A DNA stretch of 64,000 bases, taken from NCBI GenBank assembly GCA_964016885.1, contig OZ024741.1, positions 194,928,001-194,992,000 of the forward strand, in the 5' to 3' direction. Under the pieces are notes generated by a model. It was not told where the DNA came from. It was given only the letters and a program-made list of their open reading frames with translations, and did not search any database. The DNA is from Eledone cirrhosa. Taxonomy: Eukaryota. Below, piece by piece: positions 27,468 through 43,424 of the stretch; position 1 is the stretch's first letter, and each line of letters starts with the position of its first letter. The translations under genes were made by a program, and so were the position numbers.

Positions 27468-27603
27468 GTGAGGTTTTTTTCCTTTTACAAAATGAAAAAT
27501 AACCGAGGTGTCCTACACGAGTGGAAGTATAAAGAAAAAGAGATGAAATCGAAAATGCAACTGAAGTCTTATTTTTTTTAAAAATATATATATTTATTTG
27601 GTT

Positions 27604-27641
27604 CCTTTACCGGTTTCGCAGTTCTTCTGCTTTTCAAAAGG
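27604..27641 (-). ncRNA. Hammerhead motif with compensatory U3:A8 core
   Basis: cctt-TTGAAAA-gcag-aagaa-ctgc-GAAACCGGTA-aagg; palindromic stem III ACCGGT; AATAAA follows. Confidence 0.65.
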
Positions 27642-27727
27642 TGAGTTGAAATGGAGGGTCTGTGGTTTTTCTCACATATATATATATGAAGTATATGATA
27701 TGGGGCAACATGACCCTCCCAAAGTAT

Positions 27728-27774
<47 letters not shown>

Positions 27775-27840
27775 GGTTTGAGGTTCACCACTGTATAGAG
27801 CTGGTCTATTCCGTATGGTCAATGGTAATGTAATAATTAT

Positions 27841-27885
<45 letters not shown>

Positions 27886-27890
<5 letters not shown>

Positions 27891-28090
27891 ATACTTTGGG
27901 AGGGTCATGTTGCCAATAAGAAACACACGCACCAGTTGCTTTCACTTCAATTTATTATAATAAATTTATAAATTTATAAATTTATAAATTCGTAAATTCC
28001 TAAATTTATAAATTTATTATAATAAATTGAAGTGAAACAACTGGTGCGTGTGTTTGTTATTGGCAACATGACCCTCACAAAGTATAACAA
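27886..28090. mobile_element. TA-flanked fold-back element with ~80-bp arms
   Basis: ttgttatactttgggagggtcatgttgccaata..aatttattataataaattt is inverted at 28010-28090; the same terminus recurs at 27704-27732 and about 48575-48599. Confidence 0.85.
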
Positions 28091-28356
28091 TATATATATA
28101 TATAGGTTTCATATTTGAAGGGTTTGGGTAATGTAAAGAGCCTGATAATTGCTTTGGAAAAGCTTGACTATCGCATCGTTCCATTTCTTTCATCTACAAA
28201 TCTGGTACATACAAGTCAAAATGAATCTAATGGTAAATAACATAAGTTACAACTTAGTAAGAGGTTGAATATGAAACTTATGAAGAACACTTTTCTGTTT
28301 ATAATTCTGCATAAACAAAAAAAAATGTGTTTTTAAAATTATCTTCATGATATGTA

Positions 28357-28467
<111 letters not shown>

Positions 28468-28656
28468 CAATAACTCACGACTGACTCAATCGATCATGTT
28501 GAAATATGTATGAACGTTCAGCCAAGGTCATACCTAACACGCCTATATGCATCAACAAGCTGCTACGTTACCATGTCGTACATAGGAAAATCAATACCCT
28601 TACTTCTGGGACAAACCTTGTATATATTCATTTAATGGCTAAGTGGAGAGTCTTGA

Positions 28657-28712
28657 TACTCTGGAGTTTCCCCTGTGCAACCGCAGAATCATCAGACATA
28701 TTGTCTGATGAT
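28657..28712 (-). ncRNA. Hammerhead motif with an adjacent short fold-back
   Basis: CTGATGA-ttctg-cggttgca-caggg-GAAACTC-ca-GAGTA on minus; hairpin atcatcagaca-tat-tgtctgatgat at 28688-28712. Confidence 0.6.
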
Positions 28713-28852
28713 ATATATATATGCAACTAGTGTCTTGAGAAAACAACACCAAATTTCAGCACTGGGCATATAAAACAATCGAAATAACAGAAGTAAGCTT
28801 TATTCCATCGTTATGTTTTTCTGTTGTTTTTCTCTGGTCAAATTCTAGCTCT

Positions 28853-28900
28853 CTGATGATGTCATAGCTGTTGTATAATGGTTAACACCGAAATATATAC
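28853..28900 (+). ncRNA. Degenerate hammerhead motif
   Basis: CTGATGA-tgtcatagctgtt-gtat-aatggttaacacc-GAAATATATA; AATAAA at about 28914; resembles 22867-22922. Confidence 0.45.
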
Positions 28901-28950
28901 AACAGCGACTATGAATAAACGTAGTTAATTTTAACTTGTTGATTTAAATT

Positions 28951-29036
<86 letters not shown>

Positions 29037-29793
29037 ATATATATATATATATATATATTGGGTTGTAACATACACTCCCGCCGTTGTTATAATACTTCTT
29101 AATAACAGAACGGCGGGAATTTATGTTACAATCCAATATATGTATATACTTTGACTTATATGGTTGTGTTATCAATTCATTTAAACTATTATATATATAT
29201 ATAAATTCAGCGAGAATCGCATTTCGGCGGGTAGAAAAAGCGAAATGAAACGCAAAATCAGAGATATGCTGGCAAGCGCTCAATAGTTAAAAAACCAGAG
29301 CTAAACATATGTGTTAAAACGCCATACAAACTGAAAAAGTGGTCAAGAAGGCATTAACGACCTAAGCCAAAAAACAAGTCAAGCTAAACAGGTCAATCAA
29401 AATAAATGATAAAATCATATATATATATAATTATACATATACACATATATAACCGACCAGGACCCATTGGAATTGATGGTAAAATCCAAATGCAGGGTTT
29501 CTATGACACATAAATCAATAATACTGTCTGCTTAAAACTATAAGCTTTTGGTATAATGATCGAACAAGGAGTATCACGTTATCAACAGGTATTTTGCTCT
29601 GCGCCAACTTTGTGAATGACGCAGAGCTTTGTAAAAGCACATGCGTAACTCACAAGGAGAAAAACCCCAAATTTTGGCAAATGAATTCAGTATGTGTAAA
29701 TCATGCAAAAAATTGCATAAATAGCACAAATCGAATAAGCACTCAACCGGGTAGTTTTAAAATAAACTTATGCAATTAATCTGTCAATAGAAT

Positions 29794-30085
<292 letters not shown>

Positions 30086-30282
30086 ATACAGTATATGTAT
30101 ATAATATTATTTATAGTATACACTATGTATACACTATATACAACTATAAACAGGAAAGGTCAGTAATTTATTACTACCTTATTATCATTAAGAAAAAATA
30201 GCTCAATGTAAATACATGAGATGTTTTACAGAGCCGGAATATAAATTACACAATAATCAAAGCTATGTTGAAATCATTTTAT

Positions 30283-30329
30283 TGCTGACAATTGTTTCTT
30301 CCAAACTATCGTTTGGAATCATCGGAGCA
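30283..30329 (-). ncRNA. Type I hammerhead (U4C change) at the end of an orphan PLE-type UTR (about 30100-31290)
   Basis: tgct-CCGATGA-ttccaaac-gata-gtttggaa-GAAACAATTGTC-agca then ATAAAA; stems I and II perfect, stem III palindromic, GUC site. Confidence 0.75.
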
Positions 30330-30468
30330 GTAGCAATGTTTGTACATATAATTAATCTCCTATTCAACTGAACAATCATATAGATACATGGATATTAATG
30401 TTATCAACAACAGTTTCGTATTTACAGGGTGGAATGGATGCGACATAGATTACAAGAGAATTGTACAG

Positions 30469-30645
30469 TAATTAAAATTAAAAATTAAAAATTAAAAATT
30501 AAAAATTAAAAATTAAAAATTAAAAATTAAAAATTAAAAATTAAAAATTAAAAATTAAAAATTAAAAATTAAAAATTAAAAATTAAAAATTAAAAATTAA
30601 AAATTAAAAATTAAAAGTTAAAAATTAAAAATTAAAAATTAAAAA
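30469..30645 (+). repeat. 13-bp tandem repeat (AAAATTAAAAATT)n
   Basis: Seen directly; related tracts at about 31980-32090, 39750-39810 and 43040-43100. Confidence 0.9.
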
Positions 30646-31374
30646 GGCACAGAGTGGAATGCATGTGACAGAGATTATAAGGGAATAGTATAACAATTAA
30701 AGAGGCATTAAGGTATAAAGTTACTCGTAAAACGAGGACACTAGCAGTACATATGCAAGCGTAAAGAGAGTGCAAATGCATTAGACATATACAGGAAGGA
30801 AACAAGCAATGGTATTAGGCATATATAATTTTTTGCAAGGCAAAGGTATCACATAAAATAAAATAAGCATATCAAGCAAAGCTGATTTTGTATTAAAACT
30901 ATGTGTTTATGGTGGATGTAGTGTGATGATTGTTTCTGTAATGTTCAAATGTATATGTGCTGAGAGTATCAATGTTATTGCTATCTTTTCTATTACATTG
31001 GCTATGTTTTATTTTAGTGAATGTTTTTAATCAGTCACAGCCATGGATTGTACACCGCTCCTATTATATTGCTATCAATGTTTCAAATTGCTGTCGAGTG
31101 ATTCTACTAACGGTTTAATTTACGGAAGTGAGTTTGATCTATATTAAGGGGAGCTAATACGAAAGGGGAGGTAACTAGCGATTACATTGTATATGATAGA
31201 AATTAGAAAAATGTAAAGTTGTTTACAGCTCCAATCTGTTAAAATCTTTGTGTTGATATACATTATATTATGTTATAAGTGAATCCCATATATATATATA
31301 TAATGCTATTAATTTATATATTTAATTATAAATATAATTTATTGTGTATGCAAAAATATCTGTACACGAATATG

Positions 31375-34091
<2,717 letters not shown>

Positions 34092-34264
34092 TAACAGTAC
34101 AGAGAAGTACGGAATACCTCGGCCTCGGGATGGTGTCTATATTTTGTGCTTATGAACAAAATTTGTCGTACATTACCAGGGTTTTTTTCCGTTCGAAGAA
34201 AATCACTACTTTATCGCGAAATAAATACTTTTGTTTATATGTGTATGCAAAAATATCTGTACAC

Positions 34265-34760
<496 letters not shown>

Positions 34761-34849
34761 ATATTTGCTCTACGGTTCTTATATATTTGAGATATATATT
34801 TATCCTTATCGAGGCCTCTTTGGATTTTAGTCTTCAAATTTATTATTAT

Positions 34850-35598
<749 letters not shown>

Positions 35599-35894
35599 TA
35601 ACAGATTAAAGTTTAAGCAAAGAATCGCTGCTTTCACCCTTAACGGGATCTTCTGAAACTAAAATAATAAATCTTTGAACGCAGAAGTAAATATATCGAA
35701 AAACGTTACACACTATATATACATATATATACACACACAGACACACACACACCGCGTCATAATGACATAATGCAGACAGCCAGGCATACAGAAAGATATT
35801 ATAAGGGCGCAACGTAATATCTATGTATCTATCTAAAAAGAGAAAGACTAAGAATTATAGAGAGATCGCTAAATCGTCTAATGCAGTCCCATTA

Positions 35895-36005
35895 AACACT
35901 CACGGGACCATGTGTAAAGTTTGAAAAAACTCGGTTGGGTGGTTCTCGAGTTTTAGTGATTGGACAGACAGACAAACAGACATTCTCTGTTTTAGTAATA
36001 TAGAT
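35895..36005 (-). mobile_element. Non-autonomous Helitron-like 5' end fragment
   Basis: Minus strand atctatattactaaaacagagaatgtctgtttgtctgtctgtcc..aaactcgagaaccacccaaccgagttttttcaaactt resembles typical invertebrate Helitron-N termini. Confidence 0.5.
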
Positions 36006-36450
36006 GATGGTATTTTTGGTGGTGTCTTGTTCTTGTTAATATCTCTGCTATCACCAACTGTCGTTGCTAGGGCATATAAACAGGCGTTTATTTGCCAAAA
36101 TGTTGGGGTTTTAATCCGTCGTAAATATTCATCCCCTATTTCGTCAATAGCACGTAATATTTCATTATTTGGTTTGTTATTTAGTATTGTTGTTTTAATA
36201 CGTTCAGCAAGAGAAATGTTTATACATGAATTAATTTCTCTCTGGAAGACTTCATTGAGGGAAATTTTCAATTGTTTATACTTTTGATTATCATTATCGA
36301 TAGTATTTTCCACAACAGTCGAGGTAGACTCGGATGGTACACGTGATGTCAAATTTCTTCGATTATTATTATTATCGATAGTGTTGCGACAAATGAGCTC
36401 TTGTTTGCTTTTCCAAGGCAAGCGTAATTAGTTACAAACGGTGTCATAAA
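36006..36450 (-). pseudogene. Probable N-terminal remnant of an RLE-type (R4-like) non-LTR element
   Basis: ORF 35900-36421 contains LRAIDEIGDEYL..TFWQINACLYALATTV, resembling the pre-RT helical region of R4-like ORFs. Confidence 0.4.
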
Positions 36451-37807
36451 AACACCACAGTCTACCAATAAGACATCTAAGTTGATTTCTGTTGCAGTGA
36501 GTGTGACAAAGTGTGTCGGTCATCCACTGGACTCAGCATTGCAAATCTCAACATCCTGAATGGAAAGCTGCTGCAGGAAAACTTGTATGCAAACATTGCG
36601 GAATGGCATGTGAGTCTCTTGTATGTTTAATGAACCACGAGACTAATGTCAGCGACAAAATAATCAAACGTAAGAACAACATAAATTGAGTTTTAGAAGT
36701 GGTCGTACTTAGTGACAAGTTAACCTCCACCATGTATGTATGTATATTACTGAGAAATGTTAATTATTTAGAATTGCACGTTTAGTGAGGAGAAACAAAA
36801 TCACTAATTTAATTTTTTACTCCTGTCAAGAAAGACGAAGGAAACAACATTGACATTCAACTTAATTTAAATTAATTAGAAATACAAGGCAGAGAGAACT
36901 CCAGATGTTTTGATCTTGTAAAACTTCATCAGTGAATCATAGTATAACCGTTATTGCCAGATTTTAGAATAACTTGAGAAAGAATTTTAGTAAATGTACC
37001 CTTAAAGGAATAATTAGTGCGCAGTGGATAGTGGTGGTGGTGGTGGGGAGGGCGAGAATACCCAGCAGATTAGAGTGTAGATTACTTAAATAAAGAATAA
37101 TTAAAAAATTCACTTAGATTGTTTTTTTTACGGCTTTGAATACTTCCAGCTTGTTAAATTCTTAACTGCCGGCAATGATGTAGAAAATGTCATAAATGTG
37201 TAGTATTAAAGTAAAGACGTTTATTTTTAATATATTACAAGCTTACTGTTGTTTTGTACTTTTCAAGAATATTTTACTTCTGCGGTTTCATGCGGTACAG
37301 GACATTAAGAGTCAATGGTTTAGTTAGAGAGAGAAGACAGGACTATGCCCCTAACCGAACAGAACACCTGGAACAAGTGGGAGATAGGGTTGAATTTATC
37401 TTCAGACGAGGTAGGTAGTCTGAATGTTTACAGTGTCACGATTGTATGATAGAGCACCGTTGCACAAAGAATGCTGTGCTGTAAGACTGAACCGTAAACC
37501 ACAGATGTTAAGAAGGCAGCGAGCTTATTAATCACACAGTTGTGCTTGTGTCCAGAAATAATTACTGTCAGAAATAATTAGTTCTAGCAATATTTCAATC
37601 CAATTCTGATTGCTGTAGATTTACAATGATAAATATTTGAAGAATTACTAAAACTTTATCTGATCTCAGTAGTAATCAGTTTCAGTTCATATAACACACA
37701 CACACATATATATTTATATATATACAAATATACATACATATATATATATATATACATGTATATATATAAATACATACGCATACACATGTGCACACACACG
37801 CACACAC

Positions 37808-37897
<90 letters not shown>

Positions 37898-37914
37898 ATA
37901 TATATATATATATA

Positions 37915-38120
37915 TCAAGTAAGAATATTTTTTCGAAACAACGAGTGGCTTTGAAATTATTAGAAATGTAAGCTATCGCCGTATTTTGACTAAAGAAATT
38001 AAAGAAATTATTTAGCCTGATAGTGGGGTTAAGAACCCTCGGAGAAATGGAAAAATTTCTCCGAGGGTTCTTAACCCAACTATCAGGCTAAATAATTTCT
38101 TTAATTTCTTTAGTAAAAAA
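37915..38120. mobile_element. TA-flanked fold-back element, ~59-bp arms plus left tail
   Basis: actaaagaaattaaagaaattatttagcctgatagt..ccctcggagaaat is inverted at 38055-38114. Confidence 0.85.
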
Positions 38121-38284
38121 AATAAATATATATATATATATAGTGTAGGTAATACGATGAAATACTGGTGTTAGTACAAAATCAAGCACTCTGTGCACAG
38201 GCAGAGTGTATATAATAGAAAAACGAGGAAGTTTCGTGTTTACATATAAAAAATATTTATTGCGTATCGACCTGTATATATATA

Positions 38285-38872
38285 TAAATATACACGGGTG
38301 TGTATGATTGTGTATATTAATAAAAGGAATTCCAACTTTGTCTGATTTACTCGTTTTATTTACAATCCTTTACAATTATAATGATATTATAATGAAATAG
38401 TATGGTAGAATATTAAATGTTAAATGCTAATTGAACAAGTACTTTCATGCTTTCGCAATCTTCAGGTTCATATTCAGTGGTGACAGTCAAGTTTGCAATT
38501 TTCAACTGTGTTTTAAATTTTCAACTGAAAATTGCAAACTTGACTGTCACCACTGAATATGAACCTGAAGATCGCGAAAGCATGAAAGTACTTGTTCAAT
38601 TAGCATTTAACATTTAATATTCTACCATACTATTTCATTATAATATCATTATAATTGTAAAGGCAGTATTGCCATGCTTTGGCGCATAGAGTTACGGCCC
38701 TTGCCATTCTGAGTTCAGATCCCGCCGAGGGTAACTTTGCCTTTCATCCTTACGGGGTCGATAAAATAAAGTACCAGTAATACACTGGGTAATTGCTGGC
38801 CTTGTGCCTAACGTAGAAACAATTATAATTGTAAAGGATTGTAAATAAAACGAGTAAATCAAAGTTGGAATT

Positions 38873-38876
<4 letters not shown>
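38285..38876. mobile_element. Fold-back element, ~180-bp arms, hammerhead in each arm, SINE inserted in the right arm
   Basis: 38324-38505 inverted at 38527-38663 + 38838-38876; gaac-CTGAAGA-t(t/c)gc-gaaa-gcat-GAAAGTACTT-gttc at 38561-38597 (+) and 38433-38469 (-). Confidence 0.9.
38664..38822 (+). mobile_element. SINE with ~16-bp target-site duplication
   Basis: attataattgtaaagg at 38648-38663 and 38822-38837; B-box-like gagttcagatcc. Confidence 0.9.
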
Positions 38877-38926
<50 letters not shown>

Positions 38927-38930
<4 letters not shown>

Positions 38931-39136
38931 GAAGTATTTCCGTAGAAAATGTAAAGGAAATGAGAATGCTCTATGTAGGCTACATAGCTTTTTAGTTATG
39001 TAATAAACAACTTAAGATAATTAATTCATTTACCAATGATTTCTTGAAGAGCTTGACACTTATGTCTGTCTTCATTCATCAGAATAAATTTATTGGTAAA
39101 TGAATTAGTTATCTTATGTTGTTTATTACATAACTA
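38927..39136 (-). mobile_element. Fold-back element with a hammerhead in the loop (39026-39087)
   Basis: About 45-bp arms at 38993-39037 and 39092-39136; minus ttatt-CTGATGA-atgaagac..tcttcaa-GAAATCATTGGTA-aatga; ~65-bp tail on the left. Confidence 0.85.
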
Positions 39137-39147
39137 TATATATGTAT

Positions 39148-39368
39148 AGGAACAACGTAAAATACAGTGTCTTGCTCAAGGACATAACGCATCGCCCGGT
39201 CTGTGAGTTCGATTCCTGGACCGGGCGATGCGTTATGTCCTTGAGCAAGACACTTTATTTCACGTTGTTCCTTCTACCTGGAGTTGCGACCGATAGATAG
39301 TACTAGCAACGGGAAAGACCAATGGAAACATTGTTTCCTCTGTCCGATTTGATGAAAGTCGATCGATC

Positions 39369-39372
<4 letters not shown>
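39148..39372 (+). mobile_element. TA-flanked fold-back of a SINE-like head
   Basis: About 54-bp arms at 39148-39201 and 39219-39272 around the loop tgtGAGTTCGATTCCt (pol III B box); gtccttgagcaagacacttta is a common SINE body motif; ~100-bp tail on the right. Confidence 0.8.
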
Positions 39373-39410
<38 letters not shown>

Positions 39411-39412
<2 letters not shown>

Positions 39413-42158
39413 AAAATGTTCAAGACCCCGACAGCAGAGCTCAAGCCGCTTCGACGGCTATTTTTGGACTAAATTAGATCTTTAGCGTGGTAATAAATAG
39501 CCGAACTTTTCAGAAGATTGTAGTTGTCAAAAGGATTGGTCAAAATTTCTTGTAAATACAATTAAATCTTTCATGGTGGTGGGTGGGGGTGGGGTAACTG
39601 AACTTGCCTGTAGAACAATGAGGGAGTGGGTGGAGCCGGTCAAGCGTTGAAAGTGAATTCTATACAGCAAATTCTAAGGAGTGAGGATGAATTAGGCTAT
39701 CTAGAAAGCAGGCGAAAAAAGAACTCTGGAGGAATTTGAGTGGGAAGTTATAAAATTAAAAAATTAAAAAATTAAAAAGTTAATAAATTGAAATTAAAAT
39801 TAAAATATAGTAAATAAAAATAATATAAAAAAAAAAAAAACTAGAGTCTAAAACAGCTGCTATATATTTAGCTGATATTGCGTTTTCGGCCAATGCTATA
39901 TAGAATTTACTGGGGTGGGGGTACTGTCGTTTCGTTTCCTGTATGGGTAGTACAGATCATTTTTGAGGTTGAGGGTAACGTCCAGGAAATTGACTCGGGT
40001 TAGGGACGTCTGTAGGGTGACGCTTTGGACTTTGCCAAAACACTTACACCCGTCACCGACCAGGAAAGAAACATCATTTTCCACGCCAGGAAGACAGTCC
40101 TCCTCTTCGACAACTCCAGTTGGATAAAGAGAGCTTCCAACTCCTTCTTCGACGTCATTATGGGCGCGACCGACTCGGAGGAAGTGACCGTTCTTATAGG
40201 ATTATTCCTACTACATAAACTCCCCGAAATATTTCCTGCATTCGGCGGTGGATTGTACTGAGAGGATGGGCTCCTTACCCTCAAAGGGTACAACCCCAGT
40301 AGTACGGACCGGGTCTGTAAACACCCAATCAACTTCTTCCGGGACTGGTGATTTAAAATCACCCTACATACGTCCCTAACCCGAGTCAATTTCCTGGACG
40401 TTACCCTCAACCTCGAAAATGATCTGTACTACCCATACAGGAAACCAAACGACAACTTTCACTACCTCCACCGCCGCTCGAACCATCCTAGAAACATCAC
40501 CAATAACCTGGTTAAAAAATCTCCCTCCGCATATATCGTTTGTCCGCTAATGAGCAGATATTCGATGAACATGCGCCTTATTACAATCAGGCCCTCAAGC
40601 GAAGCGGCTTTCGGGAGGAAATCTCCTTTTACCTAGCCTCCCCTAGCGGGACCAACAGGCGACGCCGCCGCTCACGCCGCTTAACGTGGTTCAACCCTCT
40701 CCATAATGCTGAGGCTGCAACACCAATTGGGAAAATCTTCTTTAGGCTCCTCGAAAAACATTTCCCACCACAACACAGCTACCACAACATAATCAACAAA
40801 AACACTATCAAACTCTCCTACAGCACCACACCCAACTTCGCACAAAACATCGTCTCCTCAAACAACAAGAAACTCAACTCCTATGGAAGAAACAACCTAG
40901 ACATTAGCAGAGAGTCGACCAGGAGGTGGAACTGCCCTGATAGATCTACGTGCCCCCTCAACAACAGATGCCGAGAACTTAACGTGATCTACCAATGCAA
41001 CGCGAGGACGGAAAACTCCAAAAAAGCCTATATAGGATTAACCGCTTGTGACTTTAAGACCCGGCTCTACCAAACCGACATACGTTCAGAAACCCGGCCC
41101 GGCGACATGCCACTACACTTTCGGGCCACATCTGTGACCTCCAAGATAATAACATCACATACCATCTTACTTGGAGCTTACTTTCCAAGACTAACTCCTA
41201 CACGGGAGGACGGCGTCCGTGTAACTTATGCTCGGAGGAAACAATACAAATGCTGTTTACGAAGGACCAACTCCTAAACAAAAAAGACGAACTTGTAACC
41301 GCATGTAAACACCGATTGCGTAGGACTTGCCTCGCCCTCATACCTCTTCGGGTGGGTAGACAATGGCTGTAACATCCTTCTTTTCCCCACTTGCCGAACA
41401 AGATAGGGAAAACCCCAGCATACATAGGTAGATGTACTTCTTTTCTTTTTTACCTTTATCTATTCTTCTCACTTCCTTCCGCTCCCTCTACTCTTCCATT
41501 TCCCTTTTCCTCTTTCGCTTACCCTGAGGCAGCCCATCTGGCTTTTGTAGCCTCAGTACCCCCACCACAGTAAATTCTATATAGCATTGGTCGAAAACGC
41601 AATACCAGCTAAAAATATAACAGCTGTTTTAGACTCTATTTTTTTAAATTTAATTTTTTAATATTATTTTTATTTATTATTTTTTAACTTTTTAATTTCA
41701 ATTTATTAACTTTTTAATTTTTTAATTTTATAACTTCCCACTCTCAAATTCCTTCAGAATTCTTTTTCGCCTGCTTTCTAGCTAGCCTAATTCATCCCCA
41801 CTCCTTAGAATTTGCTGTATAGAATTCCCTTTCAACGCTTGACCAGCTCCACCCACTCCCTCATTGTTCTACAGGCAAGTTCAGCCACCCACCCCCATGA
41901 AAGATTTAATTGAGTTTACAAGAAATTTTGACCAATCCTTTTGACAACTACACCCTTCCCATATATGGAATTACCCCTTGAAACGTTCGGCTATTTATTA
42001 CCACGCTAAAAATCTAATTTAGTCCACAAATAGCCATCGAAAGGGCTTGAGCTCTGCCGTCGGGGTCTTGAATATTTTCCTATTACCCACTCTACTACCC
42101 TAAGTATTGAGCACTCTGGTACATTATGGTCCACCTGGTTCTTACCGCACTTCCTTCG

Positions 42159-42160
<2 letters not shown>
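39411..42160 (+). mobile_element. Penelope-like element C (5'-truncated, 40020-42160) with an upstream inverted, internally deleted copy (39411-40020)
   Basis: IIFHARKTVL, FDVIMGATDSEEV, GGLY*EDGL, NFLDVTLNL, SNHP, WFNP, TIKLSYSTTPN, WNCPDRSTCPLNNRC..VIYQC..YIGLT. 39411-39927 is the reverse complement of about 41555-42082; 39928-40020 is the reverse complement of about 40360-40455. Confidence 0.92.
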
Positions 42161-42197
<37 letters not shown>

Positions 42198-43355
42198 TAA
42201 ACGGAATAGAAAATGCTGACAAATTGTTCACAGTTGAAAAATGGTTTAATTAGGAATAAAAGAGTATTAGTGATTGTATGGGTTAGTATTCAGTTGTGGT
42301 TTTAAGTTTTTAAGTTTTTTACCTGTTGCGCATTTCTAAATGCTTTTCAAAAATAATTTTGAGATAGAGTGTCCGTGCTGTTTGCTCTGATCTGTATATA
42401 TAGTTAAGGTAAATATTGATGCAATTAAATTGAAGCACTCAACGTACTTATTCCACATAGGAGTGACGGAGTAAATATCGAATAAGGAAAAGCGAAGTAG
42501 TTTCAGATGTTCAAGTCCTTTAATAATAATGCTGTGATATATTTCAATGGCGACAGTGGCCACACTGTTCCGTGCGCCAGTGCTGCGATATCGTCAGACA
42601 GCTTGTTACATAATAAGGTTATGTTTCCGAGGCAATCCAAATTGAATCGACATGGGAACGGACGAAGTGTGTGCTCTTGGGTTCTTCGTGCGTTCCCTTG
42701 TGAGTACCAATTCACCCCCACCGGTCTGCGCAGGCGCAGGTCCGAAGGAGTTTGACCATTAGCTACCGCAGAGTTCAACGAAATTCGCCTAGGCAGTTCC
42801 CCCCCTCAACCAAAGAATGACCTATTCAGGCCTGTAATATATAGCTTCCTGCTAGCCACCCCGTCAGTGGAAGTCAGCCGAAAGCCAGTGGGGTTGGGAG
42901 AGTGTGAGTATCAATAGGTCTCAATACCACCCCACATTAAGCATGTACAGTATAATTGACCATCAACCTCTAAGATAAAATATACTTAATTCTAGGTATC
43001 ATGGTTTCACAGCGGAAATTATGAATGAGAGTTGCAAATTAAAACTAAAAATTTAAAATCGAAAATCAGAAATCAAAAATTAAAATTTTAAATTTTAAAA
43101 ATTTACAAGTGAGAATCTAGATTGAAGTGAGTAAAAACATATGTGCACCTATACTATCTACTACGTATGGAGATGTTTAAGTAAGAAGTTTTGAAAGGGG
43201 TATTAATGTTACAGATATATTATCTACATACTGAACGATAGTACCGTACAGTAGAACGGAGGGTAACTTACAGTATGAAAGGTAGTAGTTAGGCGGGTAC
43301 ATAGTTAGAATTTCCATCACATGGAACAAAACCCCCAATATATATATATACATAC

Positions 43356-43421
<66 letters not shown>

Positions 43422-43424
<3 letters not shown>

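Noticed and set aside
41935-41992. Hammerhead for PLE C (TTGACAA..GAAACGTTC)
   Set aside because: The intervening sequence does not form stem II; left uncalled.
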